Source of the DNA: Octopus sinensis | Lineage: Eukaryota | Direction of reading: 5' to 3' | DNA length: 64,000 nucleotides | NCBI RefSeq assembly: GCF_006345805.1 | Contig: NW_021833288.1 | Location: forward strand, 12,470-76,469 | Shown: one piece after another, positions 28,123 through 39,179 of the stretch | How the letters are laid out: the number at the start of each line of letters is the position of its first letter | How positions within the stretch are numbered: the first letter of the stretch is position 1 | Translations under genes and position numbers: made by a program | Notes under the pieces: model-generated | What the model was told of the DNA's origin: nothing | Seen by the model: the letters and a program-made list of their open reading frames with translations, nothing else | Database searches by the model: none

Positions 28123-30999
28123 CTAATTAATCTGTATAATTCTCCTCCTTTTTGAACCGCTGCACTGGATCTGCGTATTCTCCTCCTCTAACACTTCATA
28201 TGACACATGAGACACATCTTCCGGCTTTGTGTCTATATAGATAATTAATTATTTGAACTTATTTGTGTGCACAACCTTCTTTTTTAGAGATTAAAGAAAC
28301 CAGAATAGTATTTTATAAAACAAAAATAAAAATACATTTTCATTAACACCCGAAAAAGTAGACCTTCTCTTTGAACTTTGACAACAAAGTTCGACCAAAA
28401 AATCAATATGCTTTCTACAAAAGAATTTTTTATTTGAATCCTTCACAAGCCGCCCGTCAAAATGATAATTGCAATATGAAGTCGTGCACAACGAACAGCA
28501 AAATGAAGCTCGAACACCACAGATGTCACAGAAATGCCAAGGACATAACCAAATTCCTTGACGATTCTCTGATTTCATTTTAACACATCGATTATGATAT
28601 CGCCCTCCGCACTCATAACAGGCAATGTAATTATTTGTGGCAGGTATTTTACACTTAAAACAAATTCGTTCATTTTTCTTTGTTTTCTTAACATCATTAT
28701 TTGTTCCTTTATCAGGCAGACCGAGAGAACCCGTGCATTTATCTGAACCGCAGTTACACACTAGCCGATCAGTGCCAATATATTTAAAATTATAATTAAA
28801 AGTTAGTTCAGTATCTAAAAATAAAAAAACATGTATTTACAAACTGGCTGGAATGTCTTTCAAAGCAAAAAACCCGACTCGATATTCTCCGTGGACATTC
28901 CAGATTTGAGTAGTCAAATTAGGATCGCAACTATGATTTATAAATCTGGATAGATTCCCTTTGTATTTAGCATCAATAACACTATTTCATATTTTTATTA
29001 ATCAACCGGTTTTTTCCAATGTCCATAAAATAGAAATTCTTATCGTCGATTATGTGAAGATGCTTGAGACGTTTATTCACCTCTTCTTCGTTTATAATTT
29101 CCCCCACATATTCGTTAATAAACTCCCCCTTTGATAATATTATAAAGAAAAACTTTTTTTAAATCTTCTTTTACTCTCAGTCCAAACCCAGTACTGGTCG
29201 TTCGGAAACACTCTTGTTTGGGGTAGCGACGACGAGTAAACTGCTGATTCTTACATTTTTTGCCATTTGGACACAACAATGGATGGCATTCGTACATGAG
29301 ATAGCGATTAAAGCATTTCTCTGTGGAGCATAACTCTTCCTCCGTACAATCACACTGAGGCAATTTAGAAATATTTATCTTGGTAGGCTTGACACTCCCA
29401 AAATATTTATTTGTCTATAATCACAGAGTAAATGTATTTAAATACTTTAATTTTTTCAAAGTCTAGAGTAGTTGATTCTCTAAAGTAATTCACATCAATG
29501 TTGTTTCGCCTCTGTCCATTCAGCAGCGGCATTTTCGGCGATAGAAATTGCTAAGAAATTAAATAATGTAAATACCTTCCAAATATTTAATATCTAAGGT
29601 GTTTCGACCCAATTTTACATTCATGTCATCCCCGATATGAAATTTAAAAACTCTAAAAATTACCAAAAAATGTTTAAACGTTGATTTATTAGCCCAGGCA
29701 TGTTTTGTCAGCAAAAAACATAACAATAAACTCCCCTCGTTTATGTTTACTTTGGGCAGTATTTACAGGTATCAACTCGGGGATGCAAATTTCAGCTGGC
29801 CACCACCTAATAATAAGTAAATTACATTAACTAACCGATAACTCCCGAGCTTCATCCATACAATATCGCCATATAACGGCCCACACTCCAGATATGCAAT
29901 CATTACATCGCCACTGTTCACTCTGATACGGTTCTTGCTTCATGTTGAGGCACTTCATATGGAAGGATGCAGAACAAGTGTCACAGCACAGGATCTTTCC
30001 TCCTAAAAATTTATATTCCCAAATCACCTTCCGAACAGATGAAACAAAAGCTAATGTTCTGTTTAACAGATTTCAAATGGTCAGGGCAAATAATATATTC
30101 GCTAGAAAATAAACTAGACCCAGCAGGGAGACAATAATAGCTTCCATGATATGTATTTGGACACATTAAACAGGATATAAGTTTCACTAATTCTACTAAA
30201 AAATAATAAAACTTTTTGAATGTTCCTTTGGATTCTGACGGCGTAGAGCAAAACAAGTGACACAGTAATGCCTTGGACAGTAAAATGTCTTGTGTCGACC
30301 ATTACATGCATCTCCTCGGAACACAGTTAAGCAATTTGAGTCATAGTGAAGATTGCAACCTGAATAACCACACATTCTAAGACAAATATTATTCTTCCTA
30401 CAGCTAAAACATGCTTCTTTATTGATAGCTAAATCATAAAATAACAGAACCCCACATTTAACGTAGTATAGGCATCCTTCGCAGTAGTAATGACTTTTAT
30501 ACAAAACAAGACATTTAGAATGAAACATTTTTTTGCATTGCCCCTCACATGCTTGAAACTTTGATTGGTTTACAGAATCTTCGATCAATTTTTTGTCACA
30601 TTCATAACAATATTCTTGGAGTTCAGATTCCACATTTTTCAGTTTAGTTAAATCTCCAATTGTTGATTTTATGTGTGTAAATTGCAGTCTCCGTTCAACT
30701 TTCTTGTCACAGCTTTGGACTAGCTTTTCGATTTTTTTCTAAATTGGAGTTTATTTTAGATTTCAACCTCAAGACTGGATATTGAAAAACTACTTACACT
30801 ATCTTTATCTACTAATTCTGACGATGGTGAAGAAGAAAAAACAGAATCCGAAGCTGGACGTTGTTTTCCCAATATATGTTCTATTTAAAAGATGGCTTAA
30901 TCGGAAAAAAAGAATTTGTATTGCAATTATCAAAATATAATTTAATAGTGTAAGATTTTTAAAATGTATAAATTGATACTAACCAGGTACAACATCCAT
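28123..30999 (-). pseudogene. NSD: NSD-family histone H3K36 methyltransferase, copy 1, frameshifted
   Basis: PHD fingers, PWWP, AWS, SET ('[15 protein letters not shown]'), post-SET and C5HCH ('[10 protein letters not shown]'). Relative to copy 2 there is +1 at about 29882, -2 at about 29700 and -2 at about 29510. The first shift gives a TGA just after the PWWP start. Confidence 0.85.
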
Positions 31000-31259
31000 T
31001 ACTTTATATCGAGAATAATTAAAATTTAAATTTAATAATCATAGTTATTATTTAAAATTTTTTAATAATATTAAAGTTTAATAGGAAAATTCAAAAATAG
31101 CAGCTAACTTCATAGTATAAAAAATGCATATCCATGCTCGAATACAGATGATTGTCCGAACAGTGGATATTTCAAAATTTCTCATAATAAGCAAAGAGCT
31201 AAGGAGTCAAAATTAAGCAATAAAATAAAAAATCAATATTATATTGAGCGTGATTGATA

Positions 31260-32960
31260 ATTACGCGATGTCATGCGCTATAAGAAACCATATGCAACAC
31301 AATAGGTCTGTACTTCCGAGATCTTTTTCCATTTTAATCGATTCTGAACAATTACAAGCAAAGTGTCACTTTTAAGTGTACGCGCCTAATACTTCTTTGA
31401 ATAAATTGACTAATCCCATTTTTATCAAATGAAACATTTCGCTTGCCGATAAGGAGCACAAAGAGAAACATTTTTTTTCTTGAAAGATTCACCGATAGCA
31501 ATGCGTTTTCATTTGTCATCGAATAAACATAATTGTTAGAAAAGTGTAAGTTAAAGCCAGATTCATTGAAGAAAATAATTTACTGATTTCTTCTAAGCAC
31601 CATATCAGATGCTTATTTCCTTTTTTATGTACATCATAAAGGGTTATCGAAAATCTTCTTAATTTCTTTTTGGTTAGGCCACCTTCTTTGCAAAATACTT
31701 ATTTTTTGTTTTTAGATAATAATTTTTTTCTTAGGAAGGTTTTTCGCAGCTTTAAGTTTTTATTTGATTAAAGAGATTTTCGCCAACTTGATATTTTTGA
31801 TTTAAATGATTTTTGTCCATTTCTATTATGTACGTAATTTTGGAACAGTTACGTTCATTTTGTAAATCGTAATAAGACGATGACCAATATTTGGTATTTG
31901 ATACAAAAAGGTAAATATTATCCATTTCTCCGACTTCCTGTCTTTTAAACAGAAATGCATCGATAATTTTGGAACTGAATTTAATAAAAGACACACGTGA
32001 GACCCGGTGGTTTCTCCAGTAGATATCCGTTGCTATCGTGAGAGGCAACGCAACGTCAATAATGTTGGCGGGGTCCACTTTGGATAGATGGCTTTGTTAA
32101 CTTCTATAGTAAATTACAGTAACTTTGCTCTAATAGAAATTTGTCAATAAAAGAACCGGTTATTTAAAAAAATAAACTTTTAAAAAGAAAAATATTTTTA
32201 AAAAATTCAATTTTACTTGTGAACTAGTTTAAAAACTGCTCATTCTATTATGGGAACTGTACACCGAACACTTTCTTATGGAGGCCAAATTTCTTAAAAA
32301 TATCAAAAAAGTATGATTGAATAAATAAAAAATGCATGGCCTTGTAAAAGAATTTTGTGGATTATAAATGACGAAGTGGTGTTTATTAAGTTTCGTATTT
32401 CTACACTATCGAAAAGTTTTCATAAAATCTAAAAGAATAACACTTTATGAAGAATAATACGCAAGCTTTTCGAATAAATAAGATTTTTTCTCATTTTTTG
32501 GCAAATAAACTGTTACCCGTAAGTCCTGAAATCTCTCCTAGTATTCAATAAGGAAGCTGACTCCTCTGAACATCTCAGTTCTTTTCTTTAATCAATGGAC
32601 TATTAGTTGCTCTGACAATTCGATCGTTATAGTTTTCGAGTTTTCAGTCATGGTCTCTAACGTTTTAATGTATCAAAATTATTTGAATGTAAAAAATCTG
32701 GTATGCCGGGTTATTACAAACTTTACAAAATTTCAATATCGGAAAGACAGCCTTAGTTTTGATGAAGAGTTTCCTCTCGGACAGAGAATTGTTGAGATGT
32801 ATAATGAATTCTATTTCACTTTGAAGCGTTCAATTATCGAACAACTTATAAAAGATTGCGAAATTGGTGTGCCATTAAAAATATTCTAAATAAGTCAACC
32901 CTCTCTATAACCCTAGGCACCTTAAGATGCCACGGACAAATGGTAGGAATGACGCGAAAA
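31260..32960 (-). mobile_element. Possible ancient hAT-like transposase remnant
   Basis: Weak echoes of hAT motifs in ORF 31752-32078 and upstream fragments. The paralogous position in copy 2 (49082) shows a hAT-like end 'cagcgtttcccgaagtggg'. Confidence 0.3.
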
Positions 32961-33720
32961 ATTCGAAAAATTATTTTATTATTTAAGTAAATTTACTTTA
33001 AATCGTCTGATTGAATTACTCGAGGAACTTTATGTATTTGTGAGTCAGCAAAATCGCCAGTTACATAATATTTTTTGATAAAAAGTTTTGTCGTGATAGA
33101 AAAAGTTTGGGAAACCTTTTTCTATAGTGAACAAAACGTTCATGTCAGAACATCATATTTACAATTCTCTATAGCGAAGAAAAAAATGAGCAAGGAATCA
33201 AAATAACAATAAACAAAATTAAAGTATAATTACAACGATTATTTAGAGATTTCATTCATGTAATCGGTGATTTTTTGAGAATGATTAGTTTGATAATTTC
33301 TTAAAATTTTTTGTAATTTCGTATATTTTTCTTCTTTCTTTATAATCATTCTCAAGAAACCATAATTCAAGCGCCATCGCATACTCACTAGCTTCATATA
33401 GAGTCGGAAAATAATTTTATTCATCTTCCTCTTCAACTTGGTCTTGCTATTTTGTTTTCCTCTAAAAGTTCGGTATAAAGTTTTTGTCGTCAATTTGGAG
33501 GTCTATTTTGATCGGCACAAACGAATTTCTCTCTGTGTCATATAGTGTCGGAACATTAATTTTTTCCTCTTGAATTTTGTCTTGGTGTTTTAGTTTTTTC
33601 AAGAAGTTCTGTTTTCGTCATCAATCTGACGATGCAAAATGGATTTTTAAATAAAGATCTTGCGTGGGAATTGCCATTCCATCTTATCCTCTGCTGCTAA
33701 TTAAATACTAAATAAAAGAT

Positions 33721-35485
33721 CCGCCGCGACTCTGTGCTGGAATCTTTAACAGTGTCCGCCGCGACTCTGTGCTGGAATCTTGCTTTCTTCGTTGCCCATC
33801 CATTTATCGGTTCGTGCACCAAAGCTACGGCTCTCCTACTCTTCTTATCTCCGGCTCTTCTACCATTATTTCCGCCACCGGTGTACAACAGGGCGATCCT
33901 CTCGGCCCTCTCCTTTTTTCGCTGGCCATCGATGAAGCGGTCCGCTCGTGCACTTCTGAGTTCAACGTCTGGTACCTCGACGACGCCTCCATTGGAGGCC
34001 CGGCCGATAGTGTTGTAAATGACCTGAACAATGTGTCTCCGATACTGGCTTCTATAGGCCTTACCGTGAACCCACAAAAATCAGAGATTTTCAATATTGG
34101 ATACGACCATGCACTCTTTACTCTGGAAATCCAGCCCCTTTTCGATCATCATCTCCCAGCCATACGCACCGTTCTGCCCGAAGAACTTACTCTTCTCGGT
34201 ACGCCTCTATTCTCGTCCGGAATCCCATCTTTCCTCCGCGCTAAACTTCTTAATATGGAAAAATCATTCGACACTCTGAAATCCATCGACGCCCATGTGG
34301 CTTTCTTTCTACTGAAGAACTTTTTTGCCTTTCCTCGTTTGGAGTACGCACTTCGCACTTCTCCCTGTTTCCGATTCCCGGATGCAGTCGGAGAATTTGA
34401 TTCGCTGCTCAGGAATGCCCTCGTTCAAATCTCAAACGTACATTTTGACGAAATGGGCTGGAAACAGGCTATCCTGCCTATCAGGCACGGGGGTCTCGGA
34501 TTCCAAGCCCCCTCGGTCCTCTCCTTGCCATGCTTTCTTTCTTCCTCTCACCGATGCATGCCTCTCGTAGTCCAGATCCTTCCTCCTCCCTCTGGATCGC
34601 TCACGGACTCAGAGCTTTCATACGGCACATCGTTGTGGACAGATTGCGGACTAAATACTCCTGTTGACCTATGCCTTATGCGCGAGTGGACGGAGATCAG
34701 CAGCTCTCAGTCTTTCCGGTACTTACTGTCTCACGGAGACCAACACCGGCGTGCTTGTCTGTTGTCAGGAGCATCTCCACGGACTGGCGCCTGGATCAAC
34801 GCTTATCCTTCCCCCGCAGCTGGAACCTTCCTGGACCCAGACTGTTTAAGAATCGGAATATCTCTCCGACTCGGCTTGGACATTTGCCAGCCTCACCAAT
34901 GCCGTTGCGGGGCTCATATAGACCGCAAAGGTCTACACCCGCTCTCCTGCCGCAAATGCCCTGGGAGGTTCCCCAGGCACGGACAGCTTAATTCCATAAT
35001 AAAGCGTCTGCTCGAGGCAACCGGCATCCCGTGCCAGCTGGAGCCCTCTGGCCTTAACAGGGGCGATGGCAAGAGGCCGGACGGCGTCTCGCTCTTCCCG
35101 TTCAAGTGCGGCAAAGCGATCGTCTGGGACGCGACATGCTCTGACACTTTTGCGTCAACATGCCTTCTCGCGTCCGCGATCGAAGCTGGCACAGCGGCGA
35201 GGAGGGCAGAGACCCGGAAGAAAGACAAGTACGCCTCGCTCGCCGACAGATTCCTCTTTGTGCCTGTTTCAGTCGAAACATCAGGCACATTCGGCCCAGC
35301 CACGCTACGTTTTCTCACCGAGAGAGGCCGTCACCTCGGGAGGATTAGAAACGACCCCCGTGAGGTCAATCGGCTTTTTGAGCGCGTCTCAATAGCCGTA
35401 CTCAGGGGGAACAGTTTCTCTATTCTCTCTGCGGCTAGTAGCTGACTCCCCGTTCCATTTTCTTTCCTAGTTTAAAAATATTTCA
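33721..35485 (+). mobile_element. CRE-clade non-LTR retrotransposon (RT plus restriction-like endonuclease), 5'-truncated, copy 1 only
   Basis: 12-bp TSD taaataaaagat (33709-33720, 35486-35497); the site is empty in copy 2 at about 49901-49912. The uninterrupted ORF to 35445 has 'GVQQGDPLGPLLF', 'WYLDD', 'CRCG...HPLSC', 'RPDG...WDATC', 'ETRKKDKY'. Confidence 0.92.
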
Positions 35486-35673
35486 TAAATAAAAGATTCT
35501 TTTTTTTTCTTTAAATAATTTATTACAAGAGAATTTAAAAGATTTTAAACATGTATAGGGAAAAGTGAAAATATAATACAAAATGAAACTAATTTAAACT
35601 CTAATGAATTCTAAGTTGTCAGTTAGAATTAAATTATTTAAAGTTGATTGGCTGTATTAATTCATTTTCTTAC

Positions 35674-35925
35674 TTTTTGAGCCATTCCTTATCTCTCTAA
35701 CTGCAATCTCTTGTCGACCATCATTAATCGGATCCTCACTCCAGCATTGTTGTTTTATGACCACGTTTCCGTCGTCCTCAACTTTTTGTAGAGACTTTCG
35801 TTTTATAAATGAATGACCTCACTAATATCACTTTTTGGAAGGTTCTTTTGTACAATAGACTGAATATATGCTCTCGTAATTATATCCACACCCAAAACAA
35901 ATAGAAAAATATATATTCCATACAT
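35674..35925 (-). CDS. First two exons of an unidentified, probably secreted protein (copy 1)
   Basis: ATG 35925 'MYGIYIFLFVLGVDIITRAY...' (signal-peptide-like), a 23-nt GT-AG intron, exon 'SLQKVEDDGNVVIKQQCWSEDP...' and a GTAAG donor. Downstream exons are unresolved. Confidence 0.5.
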
Positions 35926-35936
35926 CGAATATATAA

Positions 35937-36067
35937 TGTCACCGGTTGAGAATGATACCAGGCTGACAACGATCGCGCAAAATCGATTTTGCCCAAGTGC
36001 CGTAACACCGGTAGTTAACGGCAGCGATCGACAAATTTAAATACGAGTCATTAAGTTTTCAAACCTA
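35937..36067. mobile_element. Truncated left end of the Ginger-type element, cut by the duplication breakpoint
   Basis: Near-identical to 52187-52317; begins TGTCAC after tataa. Confidence 0.9.
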
Positions 36068-36620
36068 TCAGCAACGAACGGACTGCATTGAGAGCTCAGT
36101 CAAGTATGGCCAACCATTTCTGGACATTCTTCAAAACCTGCCAAACATATGGGAAATTGCCTGCTTTGTAAATGGCTGCTATTTCGTGCATTCAACACTC
36201 TCACAGATGGCGCGAATTGCCGTCCTGCCATCCGAGGTTTGGTCTTGTGACTCGCGTGGCCTGTCTCTTTCCTGAAATGATTAGTTTGAATGGGTGCATG
36301 CATGTATGTCAGACATAAGGAAAATTTTTATAAATGATGAAAAAACTCTACAAATTCTTTATGAAAAGACTCTAAATGGATGTTCTAACATACAGAATAC
36401 ATTCAGTTAATTACAATCAAAAAACTTTGTAAAGGATGCTAGTTAAATCAGGTACGGGTTAAGTACTGTATAATATGTTTAATTTCTTCTCCGTCTTTTT
36501 CAAGTGAGATACAAAAAATCAACAAACTCTAAAGATTTTTTAAAAATAAAAATTAAAGTTATTATTTAACTTCAAATAAAATTTGCAAAATTATCAAAAA
36601 AGTAAATAAGATTAACGTGT

Positions 36621-37923
36621 CTACCACATGAATCTCTGAGAACTGCCGAAATCTTTACTGTAAAATGGAAAATACAAAAAAATGATAATTGTAACGAAAT
36701 TAATAAAAATAAGAACAAAAACGTTTATATAAAGCAATATATTTCTATTCTCTGCAGCACGAAATTCTCTAGTCAAAAGTACAGCAGGAATAACAAAATA
36801 ACGTAATTCAAACAATTTATTAGGAACAAAACTCATGGCAGTACAAAAGAAAAATAAACACTTCCAAAAAAATGATTTATGAACAAGTGCCGAAGATACT
36901 AAATAAATAGCCATTAAATAAACTGGGGTATAAAGATACTGCTGAAATAAAAACAATTTAAAAAAATATCGCCAAATGTAAAATACATAGTGACGATGAT
37001 CCGATATTAGATAAATATGTTCAAAAGTGAAAAATCGAATAACAAAAATGATTGAAATACTAATTAAAATGCTTTTTAAAGAAAAAATCGAAAATGATGA
37101 GTAAGGAATGGAATATAGATTAAGACAAAACATATATGCCAGAAAGTAAAGCATTTGGGCTAAATGAAAAGTGGGTTGATGTGCAGAACGATCCCCAATT
37201 ACAAGAGCTCCATTTATAAGAAAAAATAATACGGTGAGAGCTCCGGTAATTACAAATGGCCAATCTCTCAACAGCAGCTTTCTTAACGTAAAACGGGAAT
37301 TGCAATAAGGTAACAAATAGCAGTAAAAAACCCACACAATGTTAGACTGGCGAATAAAAACACTAAAAACGGCCACAAAAAATATGGTTAAACTATATAA
37401 AACAGTTTTCTGAAATATAAATCATAATAAAATTACTTTGTATATTTCATGGATACGTAAAAAAAGTAGAAGGAGTACCGAAAGCATAGAAAGTTGATCC
37501 GTATAGTAGAGAAAGCTAAAGAAATAAATTGGAGGTATAAGCCATTGAGTCAGAGCAGAAATCACAGAATTAGACTAAAATTGTAAAGTTACACAAAACC
37601 GATTTGTCAAGCAAATAAATAAGAATAAGATTAATTATAGATACTACAGAGTTGAAAAGTCGTAATAATGAAACAGAACAGGGAAAACCGGTCAGTTTAG
37701 AAATAAAAGCGGGAATTATGTACAGCCCTGGGGGAGTCGTTATATTTGGATCATACTTTAAAATTTAAGGCAGAAAATATACATATGTGAAGTTTCCAGA
37801 GCAATAATATTGCGTCTGTTTTATGTGAAATATTTCATCCATATAACTATCTTTTTGTTTTGAACAAAACTGCTGCAAAATAATAACATTTAAAGCAGAC
37901 GTAACTAACAAGACCCAAATCAT
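36621..37923 (-). CDS. ALG10: ALG10, copy 2, apparently intact
   Basis: Same exon structure as copy 1. The 251-aa terminal ORF is open with a few substitutions (L>V, P>Q, I>V, V>I). Confidence 0.93.
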
Positions 37924-37999
37924 ATTTTAATTGAAAAATTAACTTCATTTATTTTAATAAAATAATATAGAAAGAGTTAGTGATTAAATTTTGATTAAG

Positions 38000-38660
38000 T
38001 CATTAATTCTCAAACTCCTTTATTATTAATAAGCACACCGAAAATCAACGTTAGCGAAGTTATCTCGCTTTTACCACTCTCTCTTGGATATGTTTTGTTA
38101 ACCGCTTCCAGTTCCTTGTGTTTCTTAATAGTTCTTTTAGGAGTTCAAGGTCGTATGCTGATTTCAGCCTTTTTACAATCAAGGTTAGTTTAAGAGCATA
38201 GAAGAGTTAAGAGCGTAATCCGTGGTTTTCTCCTGAAGGTCGATCCAGGATGAGGAGCCTAGAGTTGTTCCATTCTTAAAATATGACAGAATAAGCCCAT
38301 CTGCTACTTCTCATTTCTCCATCTAAGGGGTGTGTATTGTAGAGATATTTATTTGAGATGTGCTTTGGCCATAAAATTCTTAAAATGTATTCGAGCTATA
38401 TTCTATGATAGGACTTCGGACTTTTCATTTAATGGAGTACCCAGGTAGAGGAGTTGTACAGTAGAACCGAAAGCATAGAAAGTTGGTCAGAATATATTGT
38501 ATATATTGTATAATTTACTGGTGTCGTAAAATCTATATCATCTGCGTATAAAACTTCTCTTTTATTCATAAGGATAATTGATCCGTTACGAACTTTTCGA
38601 AAGATTGTCGGCAGATATACTATGAATAAAACCGGCGATAAAGCGTCTCATTCGGGACGC
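38000..38660 (-). mobile_element. Old RTE-like fragment (copy 2)
   Basis: Paralogue of 23040-23700. Confidence 0.65.
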
Positions 38661-39179
38661 CCTTGTTTGTTCTAAATAATTTAGATTTCTGCTTTCCCAA
38701 CTGAATAAATAGTTGAGTGGAGAGAAGTAGATAAAGAATTATTCGAATTCAATCGTTTTCGAGTAGTGGTGCTAATATTTGTATTATCTTGACTATGTGC
38801 TTAAAAGATATTTTTAAATACTTATTTAACAAAAAATATTCAAAATATCTAAGTGGTGCGTGAGATCAGTCAAAAAGCATTTTATTTAAATTTTGGATTA
38901 TTCGAACGTTTATTTACTCTTTTGACATTCTATACTATTTTCCATGCTAAATGATAATAGTTTCAACTAAATGGAACAATTTCAAATGATATTTCCAGCT
39001 AAATGGAACAATGTTAATAAATTGAAAATAATTTTTTTTGTTTTAATTTTTACATAATTTAGATTAGATTAATTATTACATTATTTAAAATTTTCTTTTT
39101 TAAGAACGGTACGTAAAAGCAAAGAACAACAATTATAATGGTCTATTAAAAAATCACGTATTTTTGATTTTTATAACAC

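Larger units (their letters stand above)
21049..36067 (+). repeat. Tandem segmental duplication, copy 1
   Basis: Colinear with 36067-52317 from 'atcagcaacgaacggactgc' to 'ttaagttttcaaaccta'. The junction at 36067 has 1 bp of microhomology. Confidence 0.97.

Noticed and set aside
33697-35395. Many overlapping ORFs on both strands within the CRE element
   Set aside because: These are shadow ORFs expected in GC-rich coding sequence, with no motifs.
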